From: Raillietiella orientalis
Lineage: Eukaryota
Assembly (NCBI GenBank): GCA_036172245.1
Contig: JAYWIR010000009.1
Location: 4,960,001 to 5,024,000 of the forward strand
Direction of reading: 5' to 3'
Length of the DNA: 64,000 nucleotides
In this document: in pieces, positions 14,501 through 24,470 of the stretch
Position numbering within the stretch: the stretch's first letter is position 1
Layout: each line of letters opens with the position of its first letter
Program-made: the position numbers and the translations under genes
Notes under the pieces: generated by a model
Told to the model about the DNA's origin: nothing
What the model saw: the letters and a program-made list of their open reading frames with translations, nothing else
Database searches by the model: none

Positions 14501-14983
14501 TCCGGGAATAGATAATTTCATCCGGGATGTTGAAATCCCCCACGATGATAACGATGTCCTTCGGTGAGACCTTCTGTCGGTGGGCTTCATGAAGTGTCTC
14601 CGCGCACCGGTGCTTGTGTTGGTGGGGTCCGTAAACGTTCACCAGGAACAGGTGCACGTTCGCGACCAGGACAACCGTACGGAGACAATTCTCCCAGGAA
14701 CGGGGCAGAAGGTTTCCAGGATGGTGTGGACGAGCTCGTTCTTGATTGAGATCGCCACCCCCGTGGTGTGCGTCTGTCCCTCGCTGGTGAACAGTTGGAC
14801 GTTCAATCGCCTTTCCAATTCGAGGCTGATCTGCTGCCCTATCACCTGGGTTTCTTGCATGCATACAATGTCGTAGTGCACGATGGTCCGCGCAATCCTT
14901 TTTCTTCTTGCTTGGTCGGTGAGTCCATTGATGTTCCAGGAGGCGATCTTGACTCTCCTGGTGGTAGACAAGGACGAGGCCAT
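11548..14983 (-). pseudogene. Family A copy 1 ORF2 (AP endonuclease + reverse transcriptase), frameshifted
   Basis: IASWNINGL, CMQET, VGDFN, IDHV, SDH (APE); AAGPDSVP, RLLPKGGD, DMEKAFD, VRQGDALS, VKYLG (RT); CRACG..DTRRHVLICP. Spread over several frames. Confidence 0.9.
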
Positions 14984-14992
14984 CAAGAGGAT

Positions 14993-16530
14993 TTATTTCT
15001 TGCCTTTTCTTAGCTTCTTCTGTCAGGGAGACCGTTGCAGTTTTCCCGATGAAGAAGCGGGCTTCTCGCTACCGGCATCGCTCTCCGTGCCGGTGATGTC
15101 GGTGAGGTCTGTCTCCTCTGTCGAGCGCTCGGCCTTGGCGACCGTCTTGCGCGAAAGGGTCTCCAAGTTGACTATGGCGCAATGGTTCGTCTTGACCTCA
15201 AAAAGCTTGTTCTCCATCTTTTCTCACTGCGACACCTCCACCAGTTGGTTGATGTCCTCCTCGACTTCGCAGATGCGTTGCAGTAATTGCTCCTGCTGCT
15301 CTGCAGTCGGTTCCTGGCGGACTTCCTCTACCAATTTAACCACCTTCTCGGTTATTTGCAGCGTTTCCAGCGTCGCCGGAGTGGTTCATTCACCTCCATT
15401 TTTTCGCCTTCCTCTGGTTCTGCTTGTTCGGGCTTCTGGGAGGGTTCTTGCTCCTTGACGAGCAACCTCCTCTTGCTCTTCTTCTTCATTATTTCGACGA
15501 AGCCGTTTGCCGAAACTGGGGAGGCTTCCTTTACCTTTCTTGGTTTCTCCACAGGTTTTTGAGGCTTCGCCACCTCCTCTTGAACTTTCTCCCTCACTGG
15601 GGAGAGCCCACGCATCGTACGCCAGTTGGCGTACTCGGGACAGCCCACCTCGCGTGTCCCGGCGCCTTGCAAAATGCACATACCTTTGGCATATTGCAGT
15701 TCCTCACCTGGTGCCCCTGCTTTCCGCAGCGGAAACACCGAGACCTGGGGCAAGCCCTGACACGATGCCCAAAGTGTTTGCACCCAGTGCAAAACACAGG
15801 CTATTGTCTGTATCGAATGTACACCTCCTGAGAATCCCCATCGATGTGGGAGAGACCCGGAACCTGTGCCCCCTCACAAATTTTGATCTTGGCGCTCACA
15901 TCGCCAGAGAACACCTTTCCAGAGTAGTTCCGAAATTCCACTTCCAGAACCTCCCCGTACTTGGCGAGAAACGACTAGGCCGCCTGCCTGCTTGTGGTGA
16001 TGCAGGCACCACCAAGAAACACCGTTGTGCACGGCATGTCCCCGATGCCGCGCACCATCCTTCCCTGAATGTTAATTCCCCTCTTGATGAGGGCCTCCGT
16101 CAGCTGTTCACAGTCGGTGTAGACCGTGAAGAGCGCGGTGCTAGGAATAATTGCCTGCACCCTATCAAAGTTTACGTTTTCTTTATAAAGGGCCAGGTAG
16201 ACCTCCTTGATGTTATAAATTCGAATTAAACCGGTCTTGAAAGTTACCGGCTTCACATTCGGCCCTATACGAACGATGGGCTTCTCGATTTTACCTCTTT
16301 CAGGCTTTCCAAATTTTTGGACCGGTCGGCTAGTTGATGTACTCACCGCCACTGACGCGTAGGAAATCGGCCGCGCCGTCGCAGCTGCACAAGATGGCGT
16401 CGCGTCCCCCCCGACGGGGGGTCCCGTAAACCCAGCCGTCGCGCAGGCAACCACGCACACTCGCCGGACGCTACCTCCATGGGCTGGGGCGACGCCGGCC
16501 TCTCCTCCGCATCCTGCTGCATCCTTTTGG
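14993..16530 (-). pseudogene. Family A copy 1 ORF1 (gag-like, three CCHC knuckles), frameshifted
   Basis: CTGCKHFGHRVRAC, CFRCGKQGHQVRNC and CAFCKAPGHARW; homologous to copy 2 ORF1 (ISYASVAV, IKEVYLALYKE). 5' boundary approximate. Confidence 0.85.
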
Positions 16531-16961
16531 CGGGCTGGTGAACTGCCGCCGCCGCTCGGGAGGGACGCAGGTCCTCCACCGTGGACTCCCTGGCGCTGCT
16601 GGTGGTGACCAGTGTCCTCAGCTGCACTGCACTGGTGGGTGGGCGGAGTCCCTGTTAAGTGCAAAGGGGGGCGGCGAGAAGGGAGGAAGGAAGGAGCAGC
16701 GACTGACACATCTCCTTCGCACTCCCATTGCAGTTCCCTTCTCCTTTTTGATTTTCCCCAAGTCCCACAAGAAGTGGGGTAAATTTATTTTCATTTTTTT
16801 TTTAATATCCTTCACACTACAGTCACATTCATACAATACACTACTTGTTCTGTATTCACTGGAAGTCCTTGGGATTCACTGAAGTTCTGCACTTAGGGTG
16901 GGTATGCGGGTGTTTGGTCCCGAGCGTCGTCTTCAACTCTCTTAAGGATGAGTCTGTATGT

Positions 16962-19900
16962 CTAGGCTGCTCGTCTTCCACAATTTCTTATGCCGATTTC
17001 CTTCTTCAGGAGTCCTTGCAGGATCTCCATCGGAGGTGCGGCTCTCCTGGCTTTCCTCATCTTCCACCACCGCACCAGAATGGCAGTGATGAAGAGGGCA
17101 ATGGTCGTCCTCACCATGGGATTGTAACAGGGAACCTTACCATTTCCCTGAAACATCCCGGCTAGGATCTCCATCGTGGAACTGGTGGTGCGTCCAATGA
17201 TCCGTTTAAGGATCAGCCAGTCGTGGAGCAATGTGGGACACGTCAGGATGTGAAGTCTGGTATCCGTGTCTCCACATGCTGAGCAGTCTTCGTCTCCTCT
17301 TCTTCTTGTGAAGTGCTTTAGTCTGGACCTGCTCAAAATTCCTCCGTGATAGAACATCAGGAGGTTGTCCTGGCTGTCCGGCGGAAGGTCACTCCTCCAT
17401 AGGGTCGTGCCGATCGCCAACAGGTTGATCCTGTTGCTTCCGTAGCGATTGGCCGCTTCATGGAGGGCACTGGTGTCTTCATCTTGATCCTTTATCATTC
17501 TTCGGAGGTTTGTTTTGGTTACCCTGGACCACGCAAAGTCATCGTGGTTTATCCACACTTCGCGGGTCCGGTGGGTGAACCTACCTAGCATCTTCTCGAT
17601 ATACCGAAGTATACGAGCATGATGTAGGTGGCCTCCTTTTCTCCATTCCTGGATTCGTTGCAAGGTAACTCTGTGCCGCCGGTAGATCCATCCTCGGGTA
17701 TCGTCCGGGACCGGAAGCATCCAAGGGATCACGAGGATGGACTCCTGTTGCCAGAGTTCCCTGCTTCTTGGCACGATCTTGATCTTGTACTTTCGTACCA
17801 GCAGTTGTTTCCTCCTCCAGGTCGGGTCGATGGTCATCCACTCCTCTACTCGGCGTAGCAACGCAGTCATCAGACCTTTCGAGTTGTTAAGCAACATCGA
17901 GTAGGCCCTATGCGCCGCGTACGGCCAGTCGTCCCATTGTTCGGCGATATCCAGGATGTGTCGCGTGTCCATGATTGCCATGGAGTGTGCAAGCGACTTC
18001 ATTCCGGTTCCACCTTCTTCTTTGGGACGACATAGGGGTTTCAAACGAACTCTTGGGCGATATTTGCCCCATAATGTCTTCCTTTGCAGTTTTTCCAGCT
18101 CCCTCGAAGTGTCCCTTTTCACTCTCGCAAAGGCCGCCCCGAAGAGCACCTTAGGAAGGAGGACTCCATTCCAGAGGTTGGCCTTGCGTTTCATTCCAAG
18201 GTCCTGTCGGGTGTACTTCGCTGCCTCTTTCGCCGTTTTTCCCAGGGTTTCATCCCACAAAAGCTTCGACGCAAGGCCGTCGCCAATGTAGACTCCCAGG
18301 TATTTGGCTGTGTCCACCGTTCGGAATCCTCTCCCCGTGAGGACGGAGAGGTCCAGGATTCCGACGGGCAAAAGTTGGCTTTTCCTTGCATTGATCTTTA
18401 ATCCTAGTCCTTCTTCCATGAGCGTCACCACTTCCAGGAACGCACGCTGATTTCGTTCTCCTTTGATGAAGAAGAGAAGGTCATCAGCGTACGCCAGGTG
18501 GGTGAGCCGCTGGTCGTCGATCTGGATGCCTTGGAGGCGTCCACTCTTCTCGATGTACGAGGACAGCGCCTCCATGTAAATAACGAACAGCATAGGACTT
18601 AGCGAGTCGCCCTGGCGGACTCCTCGTTCCATCCTAATTGCTGTGGTTTCTTCGCCGTTGATCTTGATTCGGCAGTACTGGTTCTCGAGTACCAATCTCA
18701 CGAAGGTGCTGAAGTATTCCGGAAGGCCCAGCTTGTCCAGAATCTTCAGCAGCATCCCATGGTCGATGGAGTCGAAAGCCTTCTCCATGTCAGTGAACAC
18801 CAGCACCAGGTCCTCGCCGACGTACCGGCTGAGTCCCACGGTGGCCTGGGCACACTTGACATTGTCCAACATGTGGCGTCCGGGCACCGCACATGTTTGG
18901 ACCGGAGAGATGAGCTTCGGCATGACCTTGCCTAAGCGGTTGGACCAGATCTTCGCCAACCATTTGGCATCGGAGTTTAGGACGGAGATTGGCCTCCATT
19001 GGGCGACCTGCGTGAGGTCGCCTCCTTTCGGCAACAATCTCATCCGACTCTCGTAGAAGGACTCGGGTAGTCTTCCTTCTTCACGGATGCAGAGGGTGAG
19101 CTGATGGAACAAGAGCAGGTAGGCGTGCAGGTACCGCTGATAGTGCGTGATGGGTACACTATTAGGGCCCGCTGCCACGTCCTTCCTCAGTTGCCCAAAA
19201 GCCGTTTTCACCTCATCTTCGGAGAAATCCTCCTCCAGTTTGTCTCTCTGGAGATCGCTTGTCCTCTTCTCGAGGTAGCTCAGGAAAGTTCTCTGCATAG
19301 ACTTGCACGTGTGTTGCCGTCGGAAGTGTTCTTCGTAGTGCTGATGGGATGCTCCCACGATGTCTTCCGACGTGTGCCGTTTCTGGCCGCCGTACTGGAT
19401 GCAGAAGATGTCTGTCGCCAGATTCTTCTTTTCCAGCACGCCGACCTCCCCTTTCACATTATTGAAGACGTACCGACTCTCGTACTGATCGTAGTACTTG
19501 GAGAGGGAGCGGTCTTGGATGTTGAGCTCCTGGTACGCTTCTTGCCTCAGTCGCTTGCAAAAGTACTGCATGTTGCAGAACAGGTGAATCCGATGCTTCA
19601 ACCTGTCCCAGTCGGCGACTCTGCGGATGGTGGTGTCCCGCAGAATCTCCTCGATCACCTCCTGGTGACAGGGAAGCATCTCAAATCAGGCGGGCATGCA
19701 GATGAGCGCCGCCCTAGTGGCCTTTCGCCGTCGCGGATTTTCCGTGCGGAGGGAGAACCGAACCAAAGGGTGATCGGACAGCAGGTGAGGAATGTCGCGG
19801 AAACCCTGGATTCGGTTGTCGATCTCCACGCTATGAAGGACGTGATCGATCGGTTTGTGGCTGGCTGTTCGCCACACGAGTCCGAAGTCGTCGGACAACC

Positions 19901-20413
19901 GTCGATACGCCTCTCTTCCTCTGATGTCTTGACGTTACTTGATGTGGTCTTGAATATTCAGGTCACCCGCGACGATGACCATGTCCTTCGGTGCTACACG
20001 TTGGCGGAGTGCCTCGTGGAGAGCCTCCGCGCACCTCAATGCTTGTTCTTGTGCGGTCCGTGCACGTTCACCAGAAACAGGTGAACGTTGTCGGACCAGG
20101 ACAGTCGCATGCCGATTATCCTTCCAGCGAGTGGACAGAAGGTTTCCAGAAGGGTGTGGACGAGCTCGTTCTTGATGAGGATCGCCACACCCATGGTCTT
20201 CCTTTGTCCCTCGCTGACAAACAGTTGCCCGTTGAACCGGCGTTCCATCTCCTGGGCGTTTTGTTGCCCGAGACGGTGGGTTTCCTGTAGGCACACTACG
20301 TCTTGTCTTGCGATGGTCCGCAAGACTGTCTTCCTTTTGCCTTGGTCTGTCAATCCATTGATGTTCCAGGAGGCGATGTTTAGCCTCCTGGCGTTCGCTA
20401 GCGACGAGGACAT
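16962..20413 (-). pseudogene. Family A copy 2 ORF2 (APE-RT-CCHC); RT part open for 905 codons, endonuclease disrupted
   Basis: WNINGL..CLQETH..AGDLN..IDHV..SDH; WRPISVLNSDAK, DMEKAFDSIDH, VRQGDSLSPMLF, AYADDL, KYLG; CSACGDTDTRLHILTCP. Frameshift near 20040; stops near 19935 and 19686, the latter a TGA where copy 1 has Trp. Confidence 0.92.
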
Positions 20414-20428
20414 GAAAGGGTTCGAAGA

Positions 20429-22126
20429 CTAATGCTTCGCTTTCCTCAGCTTCTTCTGAAGGGGAGACCTTTCTCCTCTCACCGTCGAGGAAGCTGGCTT
20501 CTCACTCCCGGCATCGCTCTCCGTGCCGGTGTGGTCTGTGGACTCCCGGTCCATCTCCATTGTGCGTTCTGCCCTGGCGATCGCCTTGCGCGGAAGTGTC
20601 TGGAGGGAAACCTTCGCGCAGTACGCCGCTTTCACTTCGAAAAGCTGGTTCTCTAGCTTTTCGCGCTCTTCTTGGATCACCAGGGTGTTGATTCCCTGTT
20701 GGGTTTCATTGATGCGAGTCAGGAGTTGCTCCTGCTGCACCTCACTTTTCTCCCCCTGCACTTCTTCCACAAGCTTCACCACCTCCTCGGTGAGCTGCAC
20801 CGCCTCCTGCGATGTCGGAACGGTTTCGTTGATTTCCATCACCTCGCCTTCCGGCACACCCTGCTTCTCGCCAACCTGCTCTACTTCGGCCTTCTCGCCA
20901 ACCTGCTCGCCAACCTGCTCCTCGACCTGCGCAGCAGAGGATTCTTGCTCCTTCACGAGCATCCTCCTCTTGCCGCCCTTCCCCACCGTGGTGAAGCCGT
21001 CCGCCGAAACTGGGGCTGCCTCCTTCTCCTTCCTCTGCTTCATCGCCCTTTGAGGTTTGATTACCTCCTCCAACACCCGTGTCCTAACTGGGGATTGACC
21101 TCGCATCGTTCTGTAGTTTGCAAACTCCGGGCAGCACCACTTTGCATGCCCCGGAGACTTGCAGAACGAACACACCTCCAGCATGCTGCAGTCCCGCACC
21201 TGGTGGCCCTGCTTCCCACAGCGGAAGCACTTGGCCCTCGGGCAGACTCGCTGCCGGTGTCCAAAGGTTTTGCAGCCGTTGCAGAACACTGGCTGCGCCC
21301 TATATCGAACGGAGACTCCCATGTCGTCCCCGTCGAAGTAGATCATCCCAGGAACCTGGGCTTCCTCCTTCAACTGCATCTTCACCGTCGCCTCCCCCGA
21401 AAAGATCTTTCCCGATATATTGTGGTAGTTGCTGTCTAGTACCTCGCCGTACTGCGACAGTTTCCTCCACACAGCCCTTTGGGTGACGAACGGCCCGAGT
21501 CCGCTCAGGAATAGGGTGGTGTACGGCATTTCGCCGACGCAACACACTATCCTGCCCTGGATGTTGATCCCTTTTTCAATTAGGGATTCCCTTATACCTT
21601 CACAGTCGGTGTACACTGTGAATCCCGAGGTGTTCGGGACGATCGCCTGCAGGGGGTCAAAGTCCACTTGCTGTTTGTAGAGAGCCAGGTATACCTCTTT
21701 GATGTTGCTCATTTTTATAAGTCCAGTCTTGAACGTGACCGTCTTCACGTTCGGTCCTAGTTTAATTATGGGCTCGTCGATGTCTTGTATCGGCCCAGAC
21801 TCTGGCTTCCCGAATTTCCTCTGCGGCTGGGTGGTCGCCGTCCCAGCCGCCACCGCCGCATAGGAAAAAGCTGCCGCCGCTGCCGGTGGCCGCCCCACGG
21901 TCGCAGCCACCGCGCAAGATGGCGTCGCGTCACTAGCAACGGTGGGGCCTACGGGCCCTCCCGTCGCTCCGGCGACCGCCGTCTCAAGGGGCGCCGCCGC
22001 CGCCACCGCCACCGCCATCGTCGTCTCCACCGCTTCCATCGGAGTCGCGCCGGAAGAAACACACGATTGCCCCACCTCCATGGGCTGTGGCTTCTCCGTG
22101 GCTCCCATCCACCGCTGCTCTTGCAT
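20429..22126 (-). CDS. Family A copy 2 ORF1 nucleic-acid-binding protein (three CCHC knuckles, acidic tail)
   Basis: Uninterrupted frame (track 20429-22282; first ATG at 22126) with CNGCKTFGHRQRVC, CFRCGKQGHQVRDC and CSFCKSPGHAKWCC. Ends 15 nt before the ORF2 ATG. Confidence 0.88.
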   Translation of the reverse strand: MQEQRWMGATEKPQPMEVGQSCVSSGATPMEAVETTMAVAVAAAAPLETAVAGATGGPVGPTVASDATPSCAVAATVGRPPAAAAAFSYAAVAAGTATTQPQRKFGKPESGPIQDIDEPIIKLGPNVKTVTFKTGLIKMSNIKEVYLALYKQQVDFDPLQAIVPNTSGFTVYTDCEGIRESLIEKGINIQGRIVCCVGEMPYTTLFLSGLGPFVTQRAVWRKLSQYGEVLDSNYHNISGKIFSGEATVKMQLKEEAQVPGMIYFDGDDMGVSVRYRAQPVFCNGCKTFGHRQRVCPRAKCFRCGKQGHQVRDCSMLEVCSFCKSPGHAKWCCPEFANYRTMRGQSPVRTRVLEEVIKPQRAMKQRKEKEAAPVSADGFTTVGKGGKRRMLVKEQESSAAQVEEQVGEQVGEKAEVEQVGEKQGVPEGEVMEINETVPTSQEAVQLTEEVVKLVEEVQGEKSEVQQEQLLTRINETQQGINTLVIQEEREKLENQLFEVKAAYCAKVSLQTLPRKAIARAERTMEMDRESTDHTGTESDAGSEKPASSTVRGERSPLQKKLRKAKH

Positions 22127-22970
22127 CTTGACGGGGTGCTGCTGCACCGCCGCCAGGGAGGATCGCGAGTCCTCCACCTTGGACTCCCTTTCGCTGCTTC
22201 TGCTGCTGCAGTCACTGTGGGAAGTCCTTGGTTGCGCACTCACTGTCTTTTCACTCAGCACTTGCCCTCTCGGGACACGCAAAAACTGCCGCGGCAGTGA
22301 TGTTACTCACTGCCTTAGCGGGGTATTGGGAAAAGTTTTCAACTAGCAATAATCACGGCTCAGTCGCCTTCCTCGCCTATGATACTGCCCGTGCCCTTCT
22401 CCTTTTTGACCAAGTCCTTAAAAGCTGCGGTCAACAGCGTGGAGCTCCTACCTAAGTTTAAGCTCAGGTCTGATAAGGCGTACTTTCTTCGGCTGCCAAT
22501 GTGGTTGCTTGATAACCAAAGAGGCCAGGTATTTGGCCCATCCTGCGCCGTTTATTGACGCGAAAGGCCCGCAGCAAAGGTTCGGTGCCACAAAGCCGAA
22601 CAGCATGCCCGCCCCTCCGGTGAAATCCCAGCCCGAACCCCCAGGGGCCCGTGCACGTCGACAGTCCCCTGCAAGCCTGCCGTTCGGCTTCCGACATGTT
22701 CTTCGAGTTTCAGAGAAACCCACTTCTTGCATATCAACACATCGCATTTTTTTAAACTGTGGCTTTGATTTCGTCTACGGTGATACCTATATTTATTTTC
22801 GGAAATCGTATTTACCTGGCGATCGTTTAAACCTTCGGTGCGCTTATGCTATCCTGAAGTTCCTTTTTAACACTTTGTTTTCTAAACTATTTAACGCACC
22901 ACACAAATCAACATAAGAAGTGCTACCCTGAATTCTGATCGGGTTTGCGCCCTGTTGTGGCCATTTACAC

Positions 22971-23028
22971 GAATTTGCAAAGATACTGGTGGAATACTAC
23001 CGTATTCCATCAGTATCTTTGCGAATTC
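22971..23028. repeat. 58-nt near-perfect palindrome (27-bp arms, 4-nt spacer)
   Basis: GAATTTGCAAAGATACTGGTGGAATAC-TACC-GTATTCCATCAGTATCTTTGCGAATTC; two non-Watson-Crick positions. Confidence 0.9.
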
Positions 23029-23239
23029 CTATGCTGTGACTTTCGTAACATTCCCCGATGATTTGTGTTGAGAGCTGCATTCGGATGCGTGCAGGAAAGC
23101 CTTGGTGGATATCTGCCATTCACATATTTATAAAGCTTCCTTTATACTGCAGAGCTTAGTCTTTATCGCTGCACGCGATCTATTACCATGGCCTTGTTAT
23201 CCAATTCACTATCGAGTAACCTTATTTTTCGAGACCTTT

Positions 23240-23464
23240 CTGCGTTCTCAGAAGAAACTGCCCCTCGGCATTAATGGTTTGGGGTCGCCGACGAAAAAGC
23301 CGATCGTCCGCATGGCCGTCGGGCACGTGCTCATGCCTACGTGGTTTTCGGTGTCACATAAATTGGAGGAATGAACAGACCACGGAAGAACGAGTTACTT
23401 CCGTGAAAAAAAATGAAAATAAATTTACCCCACCCCTTGTGGGACTTGGGGGAAAAAAAAAAAA
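23240..23464 (+). mobile_element. Short insertion ending in the family A 3' tail plus A12 (5'-truncated LINE or partner element)
   Basis: 23405-23464 (AAAAAAATGAAAATAAATTTACCCCACCCCTTGTGGGACTTGGGGG + A12) is nearly identical to the copy 2 tail. Upstream KPIVRMAV weakly resembles the ORF2 end NPMVRTTI. 5' boundary uncertain. Confidence 0.7.
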
Positions 23465-24470
23465 TGAAATTTTCTCGAAAAATTTCAGGAAAAACGAAAT
23501 TTTCATTACGTTCCTTGCCAGCTATCATCGACAAGTAGCTGCCAGTATCCAACTGAAATTTTCGTTTTTCTGCTCCTTGAGATGTACGGTATCTTCGATT
23601 TTGATAAGCAAAAATTCGCTCAAGTATTCGTGATGAGGAAAAAAAAAAAAAAAAACCTTATTTTAAAGATGATTCTTTTTTTATGGGGAAGAGATTAGAA
23701 TTTTCGAAAACGTTTCAAACGAATTTTGGATTGTGTACCATATTATTCCGATAACGAGCTGCACCATCACCGAGATGCTATTGGCTTTTCATTAAGCATT
23801 CCAGAACACAAAAGAACTATAAAGCTTCTAACTACAAGCTTACATTACTCGGGAATTCCTTCCATTTGTACTTCGGGGCTTTTCATGCCGATAAGCCGAT
23901 TAAAACTGAATAAATCCATTTTCCATGGACTGCTAAGATCCGTGATCACATGAAAAACTCGAAACATTTTGTCGATGTGCCAGTGTGGGGAAAATCGAAA
24001 CATTTTGTCGAAGGTGCCTGTGTAATAAATAAATGGATAAAATACTCTACCAACACTTGCACCTCTCGTTTGATGAACTCGGGAAGTTTTATCTTCATTT
24101 TCCGGTTTACCGTCAAAATACGCTCAGCGAGTAGGACTACGAGTGATTTATGCCACTACTTCCCTCAATCGAACAGCCGTAACTGTGTTGAGCCTGCATA
24201 GCGTGTTGTGCAGCTCTCGGGGTAGTAGAGTTCGGAGTTTGCGTATGCATAGCATTTGAGTTGTGTCAATGTTGAGATTTTCGAGGACAAAATGTATTCT
24301 GAAAGTTGCGTTTCAAAATACATTAATGTTTGCAAATTGTAATGCTCAGTTGCTTGATTAAATGCAACGTAGGTGTACGATATTTACATGCTTATTTTCC
24401 CTTTTCTTTTCGAAAGACCGCCCCTCTGTATATTCATAGTGCCAGGATAAACGATAAGAGATTCATCAAA

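Larger units (their letters stand above)
16752..22393 (-). mobile_element. L1/Tx1-type non-LTR retrotransposon, family A copy 2 (near intact, nested in copy 1)
   Basis: Perfect 16-bp direct repeat CCCTTCTCCTTTTTGA at 16736-16751 and 22394-22409. Open ORF1, ORF2 with few lesions, and 3' tail AATAAATTTACCCCACTTCTTGTGGGACTTGGGGAAAA. Confidence 0.93.
11371..22446 (-). mobile_element. L1/Tx1-type non-LTR retrotransposon, family A copy 1 (degenerate; interrupted in its 5' UTR by copy 2)
   Basis: Flanked by CCTACCTAAGTTT(T)AAG at 11354-11370 and 22447-22462. Contains ORF1 (zinc knuckles), ORF2 (APE + RT + CCHC) and a 3' AATAAA-hairpin-AAA tail at 11371-11407. Confidence 0.9.

Noticed and set aside
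19686..19688. TGA at a conserved Trp position of ORF2 as a sign of an alternative genetic code
   Set aside because: The same ORF has another stop and a frameshift, and host genes use TGG for Trp; a simple mutation explains it.
22290..22393. Possible HDV-like or hammerhead ribozyme at the 5' end of family A copy 2
   Set aside because: Only a simple hairpin (GGCAGTGA-GTAACA-TCACTGCC) was found; I could not fit the nested pseudoknot or a CUGAUGA/GAAA core.
22447..22470. Target CCTACCTAAGTTTAAG resembles the end of nematode spliced leader SL1 (CCCAAGTTTGAG), suggesting an SL-targeting element
   Set aside because: It is not followed by a GT donor and I saw no Sm site or SL RNA structure; the similarity is short.
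22448..22747. Minus-strand ORF with QEVGFSETR...GGAGML resembling an AP endonuclease N-terminus
   Set aside because: Too weak to call without a profile search.
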